DNA from: Thermodesulfobacteriota bacterium
GTDB taxonomy: Bacteria > Desulfobacterota > BSN033 > UBA1163
Length of the DNA: 50,767 nucleotides
Reading direction: 5' to 3'
Assembly (NCBI GenBank): GCA_035319625.1
Contig: DATHCH010000182.1
Coordinates: 1-50,767, forward strand
Below, one piece after another: positions 25,955-33,905 of the stretch. A program made the translations under genes and the position numbers. A model generated the notes under the pieces. That model was not told the DNA's origin and searched no databases. It saw nothing but the letters and a program-made list of their open reading frames with translations. How positions within the stretch are numbered: position 1 is the stretch's first letter; each line of letters opens with the position of its first letter.

Positions 25955-26113
25955 GTGGCAAAATAGGGACCAAAGATTCAAGGGGTCCAGCGCCAGAAGG
26001 TAGATCGTAGAGAGTAGAAGATGGCCAAACCTACACTCCAGCACCCACTTTCCACATTCGAATCTTAACCCCTTGACCCCTAGAATCCTCGAACCCTGAA
26101 ATTCCAATGAAAC
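25955..26113 (+). repeat. Conserved leader repeat, copy A
   Basis: It aligns with 33753-33905 over about 150 nt. A long-range helix pairs GATTCAAGGGGTC (25975-25987) with GACCCCTAGAATC (26075-26087). It ends in CCCTGAAATTCCAATGAAA. Confidence 0.8.
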
Positions 26114-26136
26114 ATTGAGAGATAAGGAGGTTTATT

Positions 26137-26685
26137 ATGGACGTTTATGAGGCAATTGAAAAGAGAAGAACGATTCGGGTGTACAAGAAAAAAGCGACGG
26201 AAGATCAAATACGAAAGTTTATCCTTGCGGGAGCAAAGGCGCCCTCCGGCGGAAACCGCCAACCCTGGGAATTCATCATTGTCGATGATGAGAAAATTAT
26301 TGATCAACTCTCTGAAATCAAGTACCAGCTGAATCGAAAATTCCCTCCTCAAGCTAGAGAAACTCAGAAAGAGGTAGAAGAAAGGGCTATCTCCCAGAAG
26401 AAATCATTCGAAAATGCAAGCGTTGTTGCCGTATGCTGTGGCTTAGAACAGGCACCAAGTGCGTGGCTCTGTGTCGAAAACATATCTCTGGCAGCGGTCG
26501 CAGACGGCCTTGGTACCGGAATCGTCTCCTATTGGGGCGAGGCGAAAAAACAGGCTGAAAAACTCCTTGGCATTCCGGCGGATCATGAACTGGTCTGCGT
26601 ATTGAAAATTGGCGTACCTGGAGAAGAAGGAACTCCACGAAAAAGACGGCCCGAATTCAGCTGGCTCCACCAAAATAGATTTTAG
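26137..26685 (+). CDS. Nitroreductase family protein
   Basis: It has RRTIRVYKKK, APSGGNRQPWEFIIV and a C-terminal VLKIGVPGEE. TAAGGAGG lies 7 nt upstream of the ATG. Confidence 0.85.
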   Translation: MDVYEAIEKRRTIRVYKKKATEDQIRKFILAGAKAPSGGNRQPWEFIIVDDEKIIDQLSEIKYQLNRKFPPQARETQKEVEERAISQKKSFENASVVAVCCGLEQAPSAWLCVENISLAAVADGLGTGIVSYWGEAKKQAEKLLGIPADHELVCVLKIGVPGEEGTPRKRRPEFSWLHQNRF

Positions 26686-26784
26686 GGACCAACGTTCGAC
26701 AGTATTATTCGTCTGGGGACAACCTTTCGAGCGAAGGGGGAAGGTCTTGCAATCAAGCAATTGTATTAATGCGAGACTCGACCC

Positions 26785-27810
26785 TTAATTTCTAATTTGT
26801 GCCCCGGATTGCTCAGGAACTTTGGTGGTATTTATCAGTCCTAATTTGCTAAACACCCACGGGGCGCCGTAAGTCACCCAAAAGCCGGTGAGGGCATAGC
26901 GCAGGTAACGCAACACTTGTGATAAGAGCGCCGTATCCCGCGGGAACACCATGCGCAGTCCCCACCACAAGATCATCAGGCCGATCACACCCACCGCAAA
27001 GCGCACAGCCCGTTTCCACCACGTGCCACGGGCATCAAACCCACCTCGGTGAAAGATTAAAATAGCACCGGCGACAAGACCGAAAAACGTGCCTGCGACG
27101 CCGACCATACCTGCTGTGCCACGGGGATGGATGACTGATTGGCCCGGCGCAAGTGAAAGGGCGCGTGCGGCAGTGAATTCCCATTGAGAAGGGTCAGCAG
27201 GTGGCACAAAGGCCGGTCCCACCATGCAGATGAAAAACAGCAACATCGAGGCAGCAAAGGCCAGGCCGATTTTTTGCGCGAGTGTGAAGCGATTAAACCA
27301 AGCCATTACAGCCGTTTCCCATTTCAAAAAAGCCCACAATATCAAACCGCCGATCAACCAACCGGCCAGCACATCCGTTGGAAAATGAACAGCCAGCACG
27401 ATGCGTGAATAACCAATCAGAAAGATGAGGGACGCCATCAGCCAGCGCAGCCAGCCCTTGACCCGCGCGGCCATTGTGCCCCAGACAGCCATGGCGTGTT
27501 GGGCGTGGCCAGATGGAAGGCCGTATGAACCTTCGGTACCGAACGCTCGAACTCTGTCGCTCACCCAGAAGGGCCGCGGCTGGTGAAAGACGAGTTTAAA
27601 AAAAATGTTCAGGCTGTCTGACACTGTCAAGATGACACCGAAACGCAGACCCAGGCGGACGTCCGCACACCAGTAGAGAAAGGGCATAATGAACAAGTAA
27701 AACTCTTCGGTGCCCAGGAAGCTAAAGAACCGGGCAGGAGCTACGAGCCAGGGGACGCTGGTTTGCAGTCCGGCGATAAAATTAATGCCCCAGTCAAGGA
27801 TGGGATTCAT
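26785..27810 (-). CDS. PAP2-superfamily membrane phosphatase
   Basis: It has the three PAP2 motifs KxxxxxxRP (KLVFHQPRP), PSGH (LPSGHAQH) and SRxxxxxHxxxD (SRIVLAVHFPTD), and is polytopic. The start is uncertain, at ATG 27810 or TTG 27873. Confidence 0.8.
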   Translation of the reverse strand: MNPILDWGINFIAGLQTSVPWLVAPARFFSFLGTEEFYLFIMPFLYWCADVRLGLRFGVILTVSDSLNIFFKLVFHQPRPFWVSDRVRAFGTEGSYGLPSGHAQHAMAVWGTMAARVKGWLRWLMASLIFLIGYSRIVLAVHFPTDVLAGWLIGGLILWAFLKWETAVMAWFNRFTLAQKIGLAFAASMLLFFICMVGPAFVPPADPSQWEFTAARALSLAPGQSVIHPRGTAGMVGVAGTFFGLVAGAILIFHRGGFDARGTWWKRAVRFAVGVIGLMILWWGLRMVFPRDTALLSQVLRYLRYALTGFWVTYGAPWVFSKLGLINTTKVPEQSGAQIRN

Positions 27811-28008
27811 GGGAATGACAAAAAACCTTTTTGGGGATAAGTTTACTATGCGAAAAACGGGGTTGAATGTCAATTAAAAAGACAGCGCGGGGGAGGAGGG
27901 AACCCTTGAAACCTGGGTGAGAATAATGGATTGTGTGTCGAGAATTTTATTCTATTCATATCTCGTCCTCTGTGATAAAAGAAAAGGCGGAGAAAAAACG
28001 GAGGAATC

Positions 28009-29454
28009 ATGGAAAAAAGCGTTAGGCTCTTCGACTATATCTTCAACCCCCGCTCGGTGGCCATCATCGGAGCCTCCCCTAACGATCTGGCCACTGTCGC
28101 GCAGATGAAAACAAAAATCAGGGATCGACTGTTCCTCGTAAACCCGAAATATACGGAGGTTCTGGGAAAGAAATGCTACCCGAGCATTTTGGACGTGGAC
28201 TCCGAGATCGACTATGTCATTCTCGGAGTCTCCGCCTCGGCCCTGCCTAAAGTTTTGGAGGAGTGCATTCAAAAAGGGGCAAAGGTAGCACACATTTTTA
28301 CTGCAGGTTTCAGTGAGACAGGAACCCCTGAAGGGATCGAACAGGAGAAGGAGTTGAAACGGATGGCAGCGGGCAGGATCCGGATCATCGGCCCCAATTG
28401 TTTTGGGGTCTATTGCCCCTCCTCGGGGTTGACGATTGTTCCAGAGGCACCCACGGAGAGCGGCCACTTGGGGGTCATTACCCAGAGTGGCAGCGTGGCC
28501 GAATCCTTCTCCTACTTTGCCAATACCAAAAATCTCAGATTCAGCAAAATGGTAAGTTATGGCAATGCCATTGACCTGGACGCTCCTGATTTCCTGGAAT
28601 ACCTGGCTGACGACCCGGATACAAAGATGATCTCTCTCTACATTGAAGGCACCCGGAATGGCGCGGCTCTGAAAACGGCTCTGGCCAAGACCGCAAAGCA
28701 AAAGCCGGTGATCGCCATCAAAGGGGGGATGACGGAGCAGGGCATCCGGGCAGCTACCTCTCATACAGCTTCCCTGGCCGGGGCCCCTGAAATCTGGAGG
28801 ACTCTCTTTAGACAAACCGGAACGCTTCAAGTGGGAAGCTTCGATGACATGGTGAATATCGCCATGGCTCTCGACACCTCTCCTCTCCCTGTGGGCCGAT
28901 CCCTTGCCATGATCACCAACTCCGGGGGGTTCAGTGTCATCCAAACGGACCTCTGTATGAATGCGGGAATCGAGGTGCCAAAGTTTTCCCGGGAGACCAT
29001 CGAAGCGCTTCGGGCGTTGGTCCCCCTTGCGGGAACCAGTATCGGGAATCCCCTTGACGCCTGGCCCATCTACTATAATGTATCTCCCTCAGGGAATATG
29101 GCTGATATCATCCAGATTGTGTCCTCAGACCGAAACACCCATTCTTTGGTATTTCAATTTGATCAATTTCGCTATCTAAGGCGGATCTTGGGTCAAAAGG
29201 TGGAGGCCCACATGAAGCGATTAATCGAGTTGATGGTTGAAGGATGCGAGCGCAGCCGGGAGAAAGAGAAAAAACCGGTGTTGGTCACTGTCTCCTTAGA
29301 TCCCTATCTGGAAGATCAGGAAGAGAGATACTACAACCTCATGATAAAAAGAGCATTTGCGGCAAAAGGCTTTCCCGTCTATTCAAATATGGACACAGCG
29401 ATAAAGGCTCTTTCCAATTTGTGCAAATTCAGTCTTAGCCGAAGTCAGGCCTAA
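28009..29454 (+). CDS. ADP-forming acyl-CoA synthetase alpha-type subunit (CoA-binding plus succinyl-CoA-synthetase-like domains)
   Basis: It has NPRSVAIIGASPN (CoA-binding Rossmann), GPNCFG, and the phosphohistidine loop ATSHTASLAG. No ATP-grasp (beta) part is present in this gene or next to it. Confidence 0.75.
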   Translation: MEKSVRLFDYIFNPRSVAIIGASPNDLATVAQMKTKIRDRLFLVNPKYTEVLGKKCYPSILDVDSEIDYVILGVSASALPKVLEECIQKGAKVAHIFTAGFSETGTPEGIEQEKELKRMAAGRIRIIGPNCFGVYCPSSGLTIVPEAPTESGHLGVITQSGSVAESFSYFANTKNLRFSKMVSYGNAIDLDAPDFLEYLADDPDTKMISLYIEGTRNGAALKTALAKTAKQKPVIAIKGGMTEQGIRAATSHTASLAGAPEIWRTLFRQTGTLQVGSFDDMVNIAMALDTSPLPVGRSLAMITNSGGFSVIQTDLCMNAGIEVPKFSRETIEALRALVPLAGTSIGNPLDAWPIYYNVSPSGNMADIIQIVSSDRNTHSLVFQFDQFRYLRRILGQKVEAHMKRLIELMVEGCERSREKEKKPVLVTVSLDPYLEDQEERYYNLMIKRAFAAKGFPVYSNMDTAIKALSNLCKFSLSRSQA

Positions 29455-29703
29455 TAGATAGAAGGGGGCAGTCCGTCAATCCTTGAAATAGTTTCCGACC
29501 GGTCAGAAAAACCATTTTTTTGACACTGTCATATCTCCCTCTGATATCCCCAAGAATTGAATCGCTTGCCGTGAATACAAATCCGAATTTCTCAAGAAAT
29601 GGTTGTAGGGTTTCCTGCTGGAGTTCAGAGGCGTACTTCTATTTATATATCTCTATAAGATTCAGTACCATCCCTCTCTGCCTTTGAAACTTGAAAGGAC
29701 ATC

Positions 29704-29732
29704 TTGAAAAAAGCCCTAAGAACCAGGATAAT
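29704..29732 (+). promoter_or_regulatory. Sigma70-type promoter, copy B of the triplicated module
   Basis: TTGAAA (29704-29709), 17-nt spacer, GATAAT (29727-29732), with the same GAACCAGGATAATGTG core. Leader similarity ends near 29775. Confidence 0.6.
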
Positions 29733-29845
29733 GTGCGGAAGAAGGATTCAAGGGGCCGAGAAGGTAGATATTTTGGCGGATTCCTGCCTCCAAGTTATGA
29801 AGAACCACGTTTTTCAAAATGCGGTGTAAGAATACAGGAGGAGAT

Positions 29846-30382
29846 ATGGCAGTAGAAAAAGCAAGAGCAGTGAGAAAGAAGTCTCAGGAGAAGCGTCGCC
29901 TCAACCTCACGGTCAATGGGCAGCCCATTGAGCTGGAAGTGGGAACAGAACCTCATCAGGTTGACCCCGCCCACACGCTGGCTCATACGCTCCGGGAAAC
30001 GCTGGGCCTTACCGGTACAAAGGTATCATGCGACCACGGTGCCTGTGGAAGCTGTACCGTGCTTATGGATGGAAAGGCTGTCCTTTCCTGCATGACGCTC
30101 GCCGTTGAGTGCAATGGGAAGCAAATAACAACGATCGAAGGTCTGAGCGATCCGAAGACAGGGAGAATGGATCCCCTTCAGCAGGCATTCATCGACTACA
30201 CGGCCTTTCAGTGCGGATTCTGCACACCCGGCATGATCATGAGTGCAAAAGCTCTCCTTTACGAGAATCCATTCCCCACGGAAGAAGAGGTGAAGGAAGG
30301 CCTGTCTGGTAACTTCTGTCGGTGTATCAGCCACTATCAGGTGGTGAAGGCCGTTGTGGCAGCATCCAAAGAGGTGAGGTGA
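29846..30382 (+). CDS. [2Fe-2S] small subunit of a xanthine-dehydrogenase-family molybdoenzyme (4-hydroxybenzoyl-CoA reductase gamma-like)
   Basis: It has CDHGACGSCTV and CGFCTPGMIMS...GNFCRCISHY cluster motifs. The ATG at 29846 is preceded by AGGAGG. Confidence 0.85.
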   Translation: MAVEKARAVRKKSQEKRRLNLTVNGQPIELEVGTEPHQVDPAHTLAHTLRETLGLTGTKVSCDHGACGSCTVLMDGKAVLSCMTLAVECNGKQITTIEGLSDPKTGRMDPLQQAFIDYTAFQCGFCTPGMIMSAKALLYENPFPTEEEVKEGLSGNFCRCISHYQVVKAVVAASKEVR

Positions 30383-30387
30383 GCAAA

Positions 30388-32679
30388 ATGGCCAACACGT
30401 ACCGGTATATAGGCAAGGCGACCCCCAGAAAAGACGCAACAGAGATTGTTACGGGAGGAACAGAATACCTTAACGATATCAAGTTTCCCGATTTGCTCTA
30501 CGGAAAAGTGCTCCGAAGCCCCCACCCCCATGCGCTTATTAAAAAGGTTGATAAGAGTAAGGCATTGAGGCTTGATGGGGTTAAAGCAGTACTCACCTGG
30601 GAAGATGTCCCCGATTGGAAAGGGGGTACGCCCCGCTATACCCGCATCCTCGACCGGAAGGTCCGCTATGTCGGTGATGCTGTGGCGCTCGTTGCTGCCA
30701 TAACTGAAGAGATCGCAAAAGAGGCCCTTCGCCTGATAAATGTGGAATATGAGCTTTTACCTGCTGTCTTTGACATGGAAAAGGCATTGAAGCCCAACGC
30801 CCCCCAGCTTTATGACGAATTCCCCGGGAACGTAGTAACCCCCGGCGCTCCCTTTTTCGGACCGAAGAGCCTGAAGGAAGTGGCCACGGGAGATGTGGAA
30901 AAAGGATTTCAGGAGGCTGATGTCATGGCCGAAGGGACCTTTGGCTATGAGAACATACCGAACCCATTGCCTCCCGAGCCTCCAGGGGCAATAGCCCTGT
31001 GGGAGGAACCGAACAAGCTGACCCTCCGGGTATCAAATCAGGCTTCCTACATGGATAAGATCACCCTCTTCCATGTGATGGGGAGGAAAGTCGAAGTGAG
31101 AACTATTGGCGGCCCCTGCGGCGGCAGTTTCGGGTCGAAGTTTATGTCCTGGCAGGTCCAGTCCTATGCAGCGCTCCTAAGCCGGGCAACGGGCAAGCCG
31201 GTGAAACTCATCTTCACCAAGGAAGAGCACATGGCGGCATTCACGATGCGGCCTGCATCACGTATGAAGGCCCGGGTAGGCATGAAGAAGGACGGGACCG
31301 TAACGGCGATATCCGGCACGTGGCTTATCGACACGGGATACTACTCGATGACGACCCAGTCACAGGTTGCTGTTGGCTGCGGCGAGGTCCAGATTGCGGT
31401 CCGGTGCCCCAACTGGGACTTAAAGCCTGTGATTGTTTGTACCAACCGGAATGCCTCAGGTATCGTGAGAGGTTTTGGTGGCCAGGAACTGAAGTGTATC
31501 CTCACACCGATTCTGAGTTTAGCCATGGAAAAACTGGGCATCGATCCATTTGAGTTCCTCAAAAAACATTTCGTCAAGCCGGGCGACGGGTACTTTTGGC
31601 GGGACGGCATCTGGTATACGTACCGGGGCGTAGACTTTACAAAGGCAATGGATAAAGGCGCCGAGTTATTTGGCTGGAAAAACAGGTGGAAGGGATGGTT
31701 GAAACCCACGGCTGCGGACGGTACAAAACGGAGAGGGGTCGGTGTGGGTGTCCATGGAAATGCCGATATCGGCGAGGATGCCTCTGAAGCCTATGTGCGC
31801 CTTCATCCGGACGGAACAGCCATGCTCTCCTCCTGCGTAACAGAACACGGGACAGGTCAGAGAAGCAACTACATCAAGATGGTTGCCGAGGTGCTGCAGC
31901 TGCCCATGGAAAACGTCTCTATAACACCCTCCGATTCACTGATCAACCCCTACGAGTTTGGACCAGCCGGCTCCAGAGGGACCTATGCGATCGGAAGCGC
32001 TGTGATTGCAGCGGCAGAGGATGCCAGGCAAAAGCTCTTCGAGCTTATCGCCCCGATGTTTCAGGCAGACCCTTGCGACCTGGAGACCGTGGACGGGGTC
32101 ATTTTCGTCAAGAGTCATCCGGAAAAGAGGATATCTTGGAAGGCAATGAGTATTGACCGCACGGTCACCGGCTATGGACGGTTTGAACCTGATTATACAC
32201 TGACGAATTGTATGATGTCGTTCGTTGACGTTGAGGTCGATACCGAAACGGGGAACGTAACCTTGCTCCGTGTCGTCAACACCACAGACGCAGGCCAGAT
32301 CATCGATCCCCCCGGTCTCGAAGGCCAGATGAACGGGTGCCTCGGCTCAGGAGGTATCGATAGCGCCCTTTTTGAGGAGACGATCCTTGACCGTTCCACA
32401 GGACATATCTTGAACGCAAATATGATCGACTACAAGTGGCGGACCTTTCCTCAGCTCCCCGTGATCAACAATGTCGCCCTGGAAACACCCTTCCCCAGCC
32501 ACCGCTTCCATGCAGTAGGGGTTGGAGAGATAGCCACATCACCGGGTCCGGCAGCGGTGCTCATGGCTGTTTCAAATGCCATCGGGGTCTGGCTGCACGA
32601 GTATCCGGTTACACCGGAAAAAGTACTCAAAGCGCTCGGCAAGGTAATGCCGAAGAAGAAGAAAGGAGGTGCGGCATGA
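30388..32679 (+). CDS. Molybdopterin-binding large subunit of a xanthine-dehydrogenase-family enzyme (4-hydroxybenzoyl-CoA reductase alpha-like)
   Basis: The 763-aa product starts at ATG 30388 (MANTYRYIGKATPRKDA..., a/b-hammerhead start). It has GGSFGSK and the C-terminal GVGEIATSPG active-site Glu region. Confidence 0.85.
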   Translation: MANTYRYIGKATPRKDATEIVTGGTEYLNDIKFPDLLYGKVLRSPHPHALIKKVDKSKALRLDGVKAVLTWEDVPDWKGGTPRYTRILDRKVRYVGDAVALVAAITEEIAKEALRLINVEYELLPAVFDMEKALKPNAPQLYDEFPGNVVTPGAPFFGPKSLKEVATGDVEKGFQEADVMAEGTFGYENIPNPLPPEPPGAIALWEEPNKLTLRVSNQASYMDKITLFHVMGRKVEVRTIGGPCGGSFGSKFMSWQVQSYAALLSRATGKPVKLIFTKEEHMAAFTMRPASRMKARVGMKKDGTVTAISGTWLIDTGYYSMTTQSQVAVGCGEVQIAVRCPNWDLKPVIVCTNRNASGIVRGFGGQELKCILTPILSLAMEKLGIDPFEFLKKHFVKPGDGYFWRDGIWYTYRGVDFTKAMDKGAELFGWKNRWKGWLKPTAADGTKRRGVGVGVHGNADIGEDASEAYVRLHPDGTAMLSSCVTEHGTGQRSNYIKMVAEVLQLPMENVSITPSDSLINPYEFGPAGSRGTYAIGSAVIAAAEDARQKLFELIAPMFQADPCDLETVDGVIFVKSHPEKRISWKAMSIDRTVTGYGRFEPDYTLTNCMMSFVDVEVDTETGNVTLLRVVNTTDAGQIIDPPGLEGQMNGCLGSGGIDSALFEETILDRSTGHILNANMIDYKWRTFPQLPVINNVALETPFPSHRFHAVGVGEIATSPGPAAVLMAVSNAIGVWLHEYPVTPEKVLKALGKVMPKKKKGGAA

Positions 32680-33647
32680 GGTCCTTCAAACACATGAATG
32701 CCCGGACAGTGGACGAAGCCTGCGCACTCCTTAGCGAATCCAAGGGCAAGGCCGTGCTCAATGCAGGTGGGACAGACCTGCTTTCGACCCTCAAGGGAGA
32801 GTACCTTTTTGACTATCCCGAAGCCGTTATCAATATCAAGACAATTCGTGGTCTCGACTATATCAAGGAAGATAGCAAGACACTGAAGATAGGCGCTCTT
32901 GCCAAGCTTTCCGACATTGCGAAGTCTCCTATTCTTAAGGAACGCTACAAGGTGCTTGCAGAGGCCGCCTATGCCGTCGCAACACCTCAGGTACGAAACG
33001 TAGCTACCCTTGGGGGAAACCTGTGCCAGGATGTAAGATGCTGGTATTACCGGTATCCACGTCATATCGGCGGACCCATCACTTGTCTGCGGAAGGGAAA
33101 GGGACGGTGCTTCGCTGTTAGCGGTGACAACCGGTACCACGCCATCATGGAGGCAAAGATGTGCTTTGCCGTGTCCCCTTCGGATATGGCCGTAGTATTG
33201 GCTGCGTTGAACGGACAGATCAGGATCGTAGGACCGAGGGGTGAAAGAAACATTGCCGTGACGGATTTTTTCAGTTCCCTGGAGAATGTCCTTGAACGTG
33301 GTGAGATGGTAAGAGAGGTTGAAGTTCCCAGGATCAGCGGCCCGGTGAAGCAGGCGTTTTTTAAATTCACTCTCAGGAGGCCTGTCGATTTTGCCATCGT
33401 GAGCGTTGCATCGGTCATAACGGTAAAAGAAGGGGTATGTGTGGATGCTCGCATTGCACTTGGAGCGGTAGCCCCAAGGCCTGTCAGAGCGAAGAAGGCG
33501 GAGCAGTTTCTAAAAGGTCGCTCCATCGACAATGATACCGCTGCCGAGGCAGCGGCACAGGCAGTCTTGGGCGCACGGCCTCTCAGCAAAAATGCATACA
33601 AAATAGAAATCACAAAAGCTCTCGTCAAGAGGGCCCTGATGAGCTAA
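32676..33647 (+). CDS. FAD-binding medium subunit (CoxM/HcrB-like) with a Cys-rich insertion
   Basis: The start ATG overlaps the upstream stop (ATGA at 32676-32679). It has the AGGTDLL FAD motif. Between LGGNL and SPSD lies an insertion of about 45 aa with Cys at residues 117, 122, 137, 145 and 163. Confidence 0.85.
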   Translation: MRSFKHMNARTVDEACALLSESKGKAVLNAGGTDLLSTLKGEYLFDYPEAVINIKTIRGLDYIKEDSKTLKIGALAKLSDIAKSPILKERYKVLAEAAYAVATPQVRNVATLGGNLCQDVRCWYYRYPRHIGGPITCLRKGKGRCFAVSGDNRYHAIMEAKMCFAVSPSDMAVVLAALNGQIRIVGPRGERNIAVTDFFSSLENVLERGEMVREVEVPRISGPVKQAFFKFTLRRPVDFAIVSVASVITVKEGVCVDARIALGAVAPRPVRAKKAEQFLKGRSIDNDTAAEAAAQAVLGARPLSKNAYKIEITKALVKRALMS

Positions 33648-33723
33648 TGTAACACAATCTGTCCCCGCCCCTTTCTTCACTTCTCTTTCCCTTGGCCAGT
33701 CTTTCCGATGTTTTAAGGAGGTC

Positions 33724-33752
33724 TTGAAAAAAAATCCGAGAACCAGGATAAT
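33724..33752 (+). promoter_or_regulatory. Sigma70-type promoter, copy C of the triplicated module
   Basis: TTGAAA (33724-33729), 17-nt spacer, GATAAT (33747-33752), with the same GAACCAGGATAATGTG core. Confidence 0.6.
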
Positions 33753-33905
33753 GTGCCAAAATGAGAGGTCAAGGATTCAAAGGGTCCAGCGCCGGAGGGT
33801 AGATTGTGGATAGTAGAAAGTGGCCAATCTACACTCCACCATCCACTTTCGACATTCGAATCTTGAACCCTCGAATCCTGGAGCCCTGAAATTCCAATGA
33901 AAACT
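33753..33905 (+). repeat. Conserved leader repeat, copy C
   Basis: It aligns with copy A. One helix pairs AGGATTCAAAGGGT (33772-33785) with ACCCTCGAATCCT (33867-33879). An inner helix GTAGATTG (33799-33806)/CAATCTAC (33825-33832) competes with GAAAGTGG (33816-33823)/CCACTTTC (33843-33850). Confidence 0.8.

Noticed and set aside
27952-28944. A 330-aa minus-strand ORF overlapping the acyl-CoA synthetase alpha gene
   Set aside because: It is fully antisense to a gene with clear family motifs. Its translation is Arg/Gly/Pro-rich with no motif, which is typical of a shadow ORF in GC-rich coding sequence.
32451-33628. Minus-strand ORFs of 229 aa and 188 aa inside the Hcr-like genes, plus the long N-terminal extension of the listed 32436 ORF
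   Set aside because: They are antisense or out of frame relative to genes with strong motifs. The FAD-subunit start at 32676 is fixed by the ATGA overlap and by homology beginning at MRSFKHMNARTVDEA.
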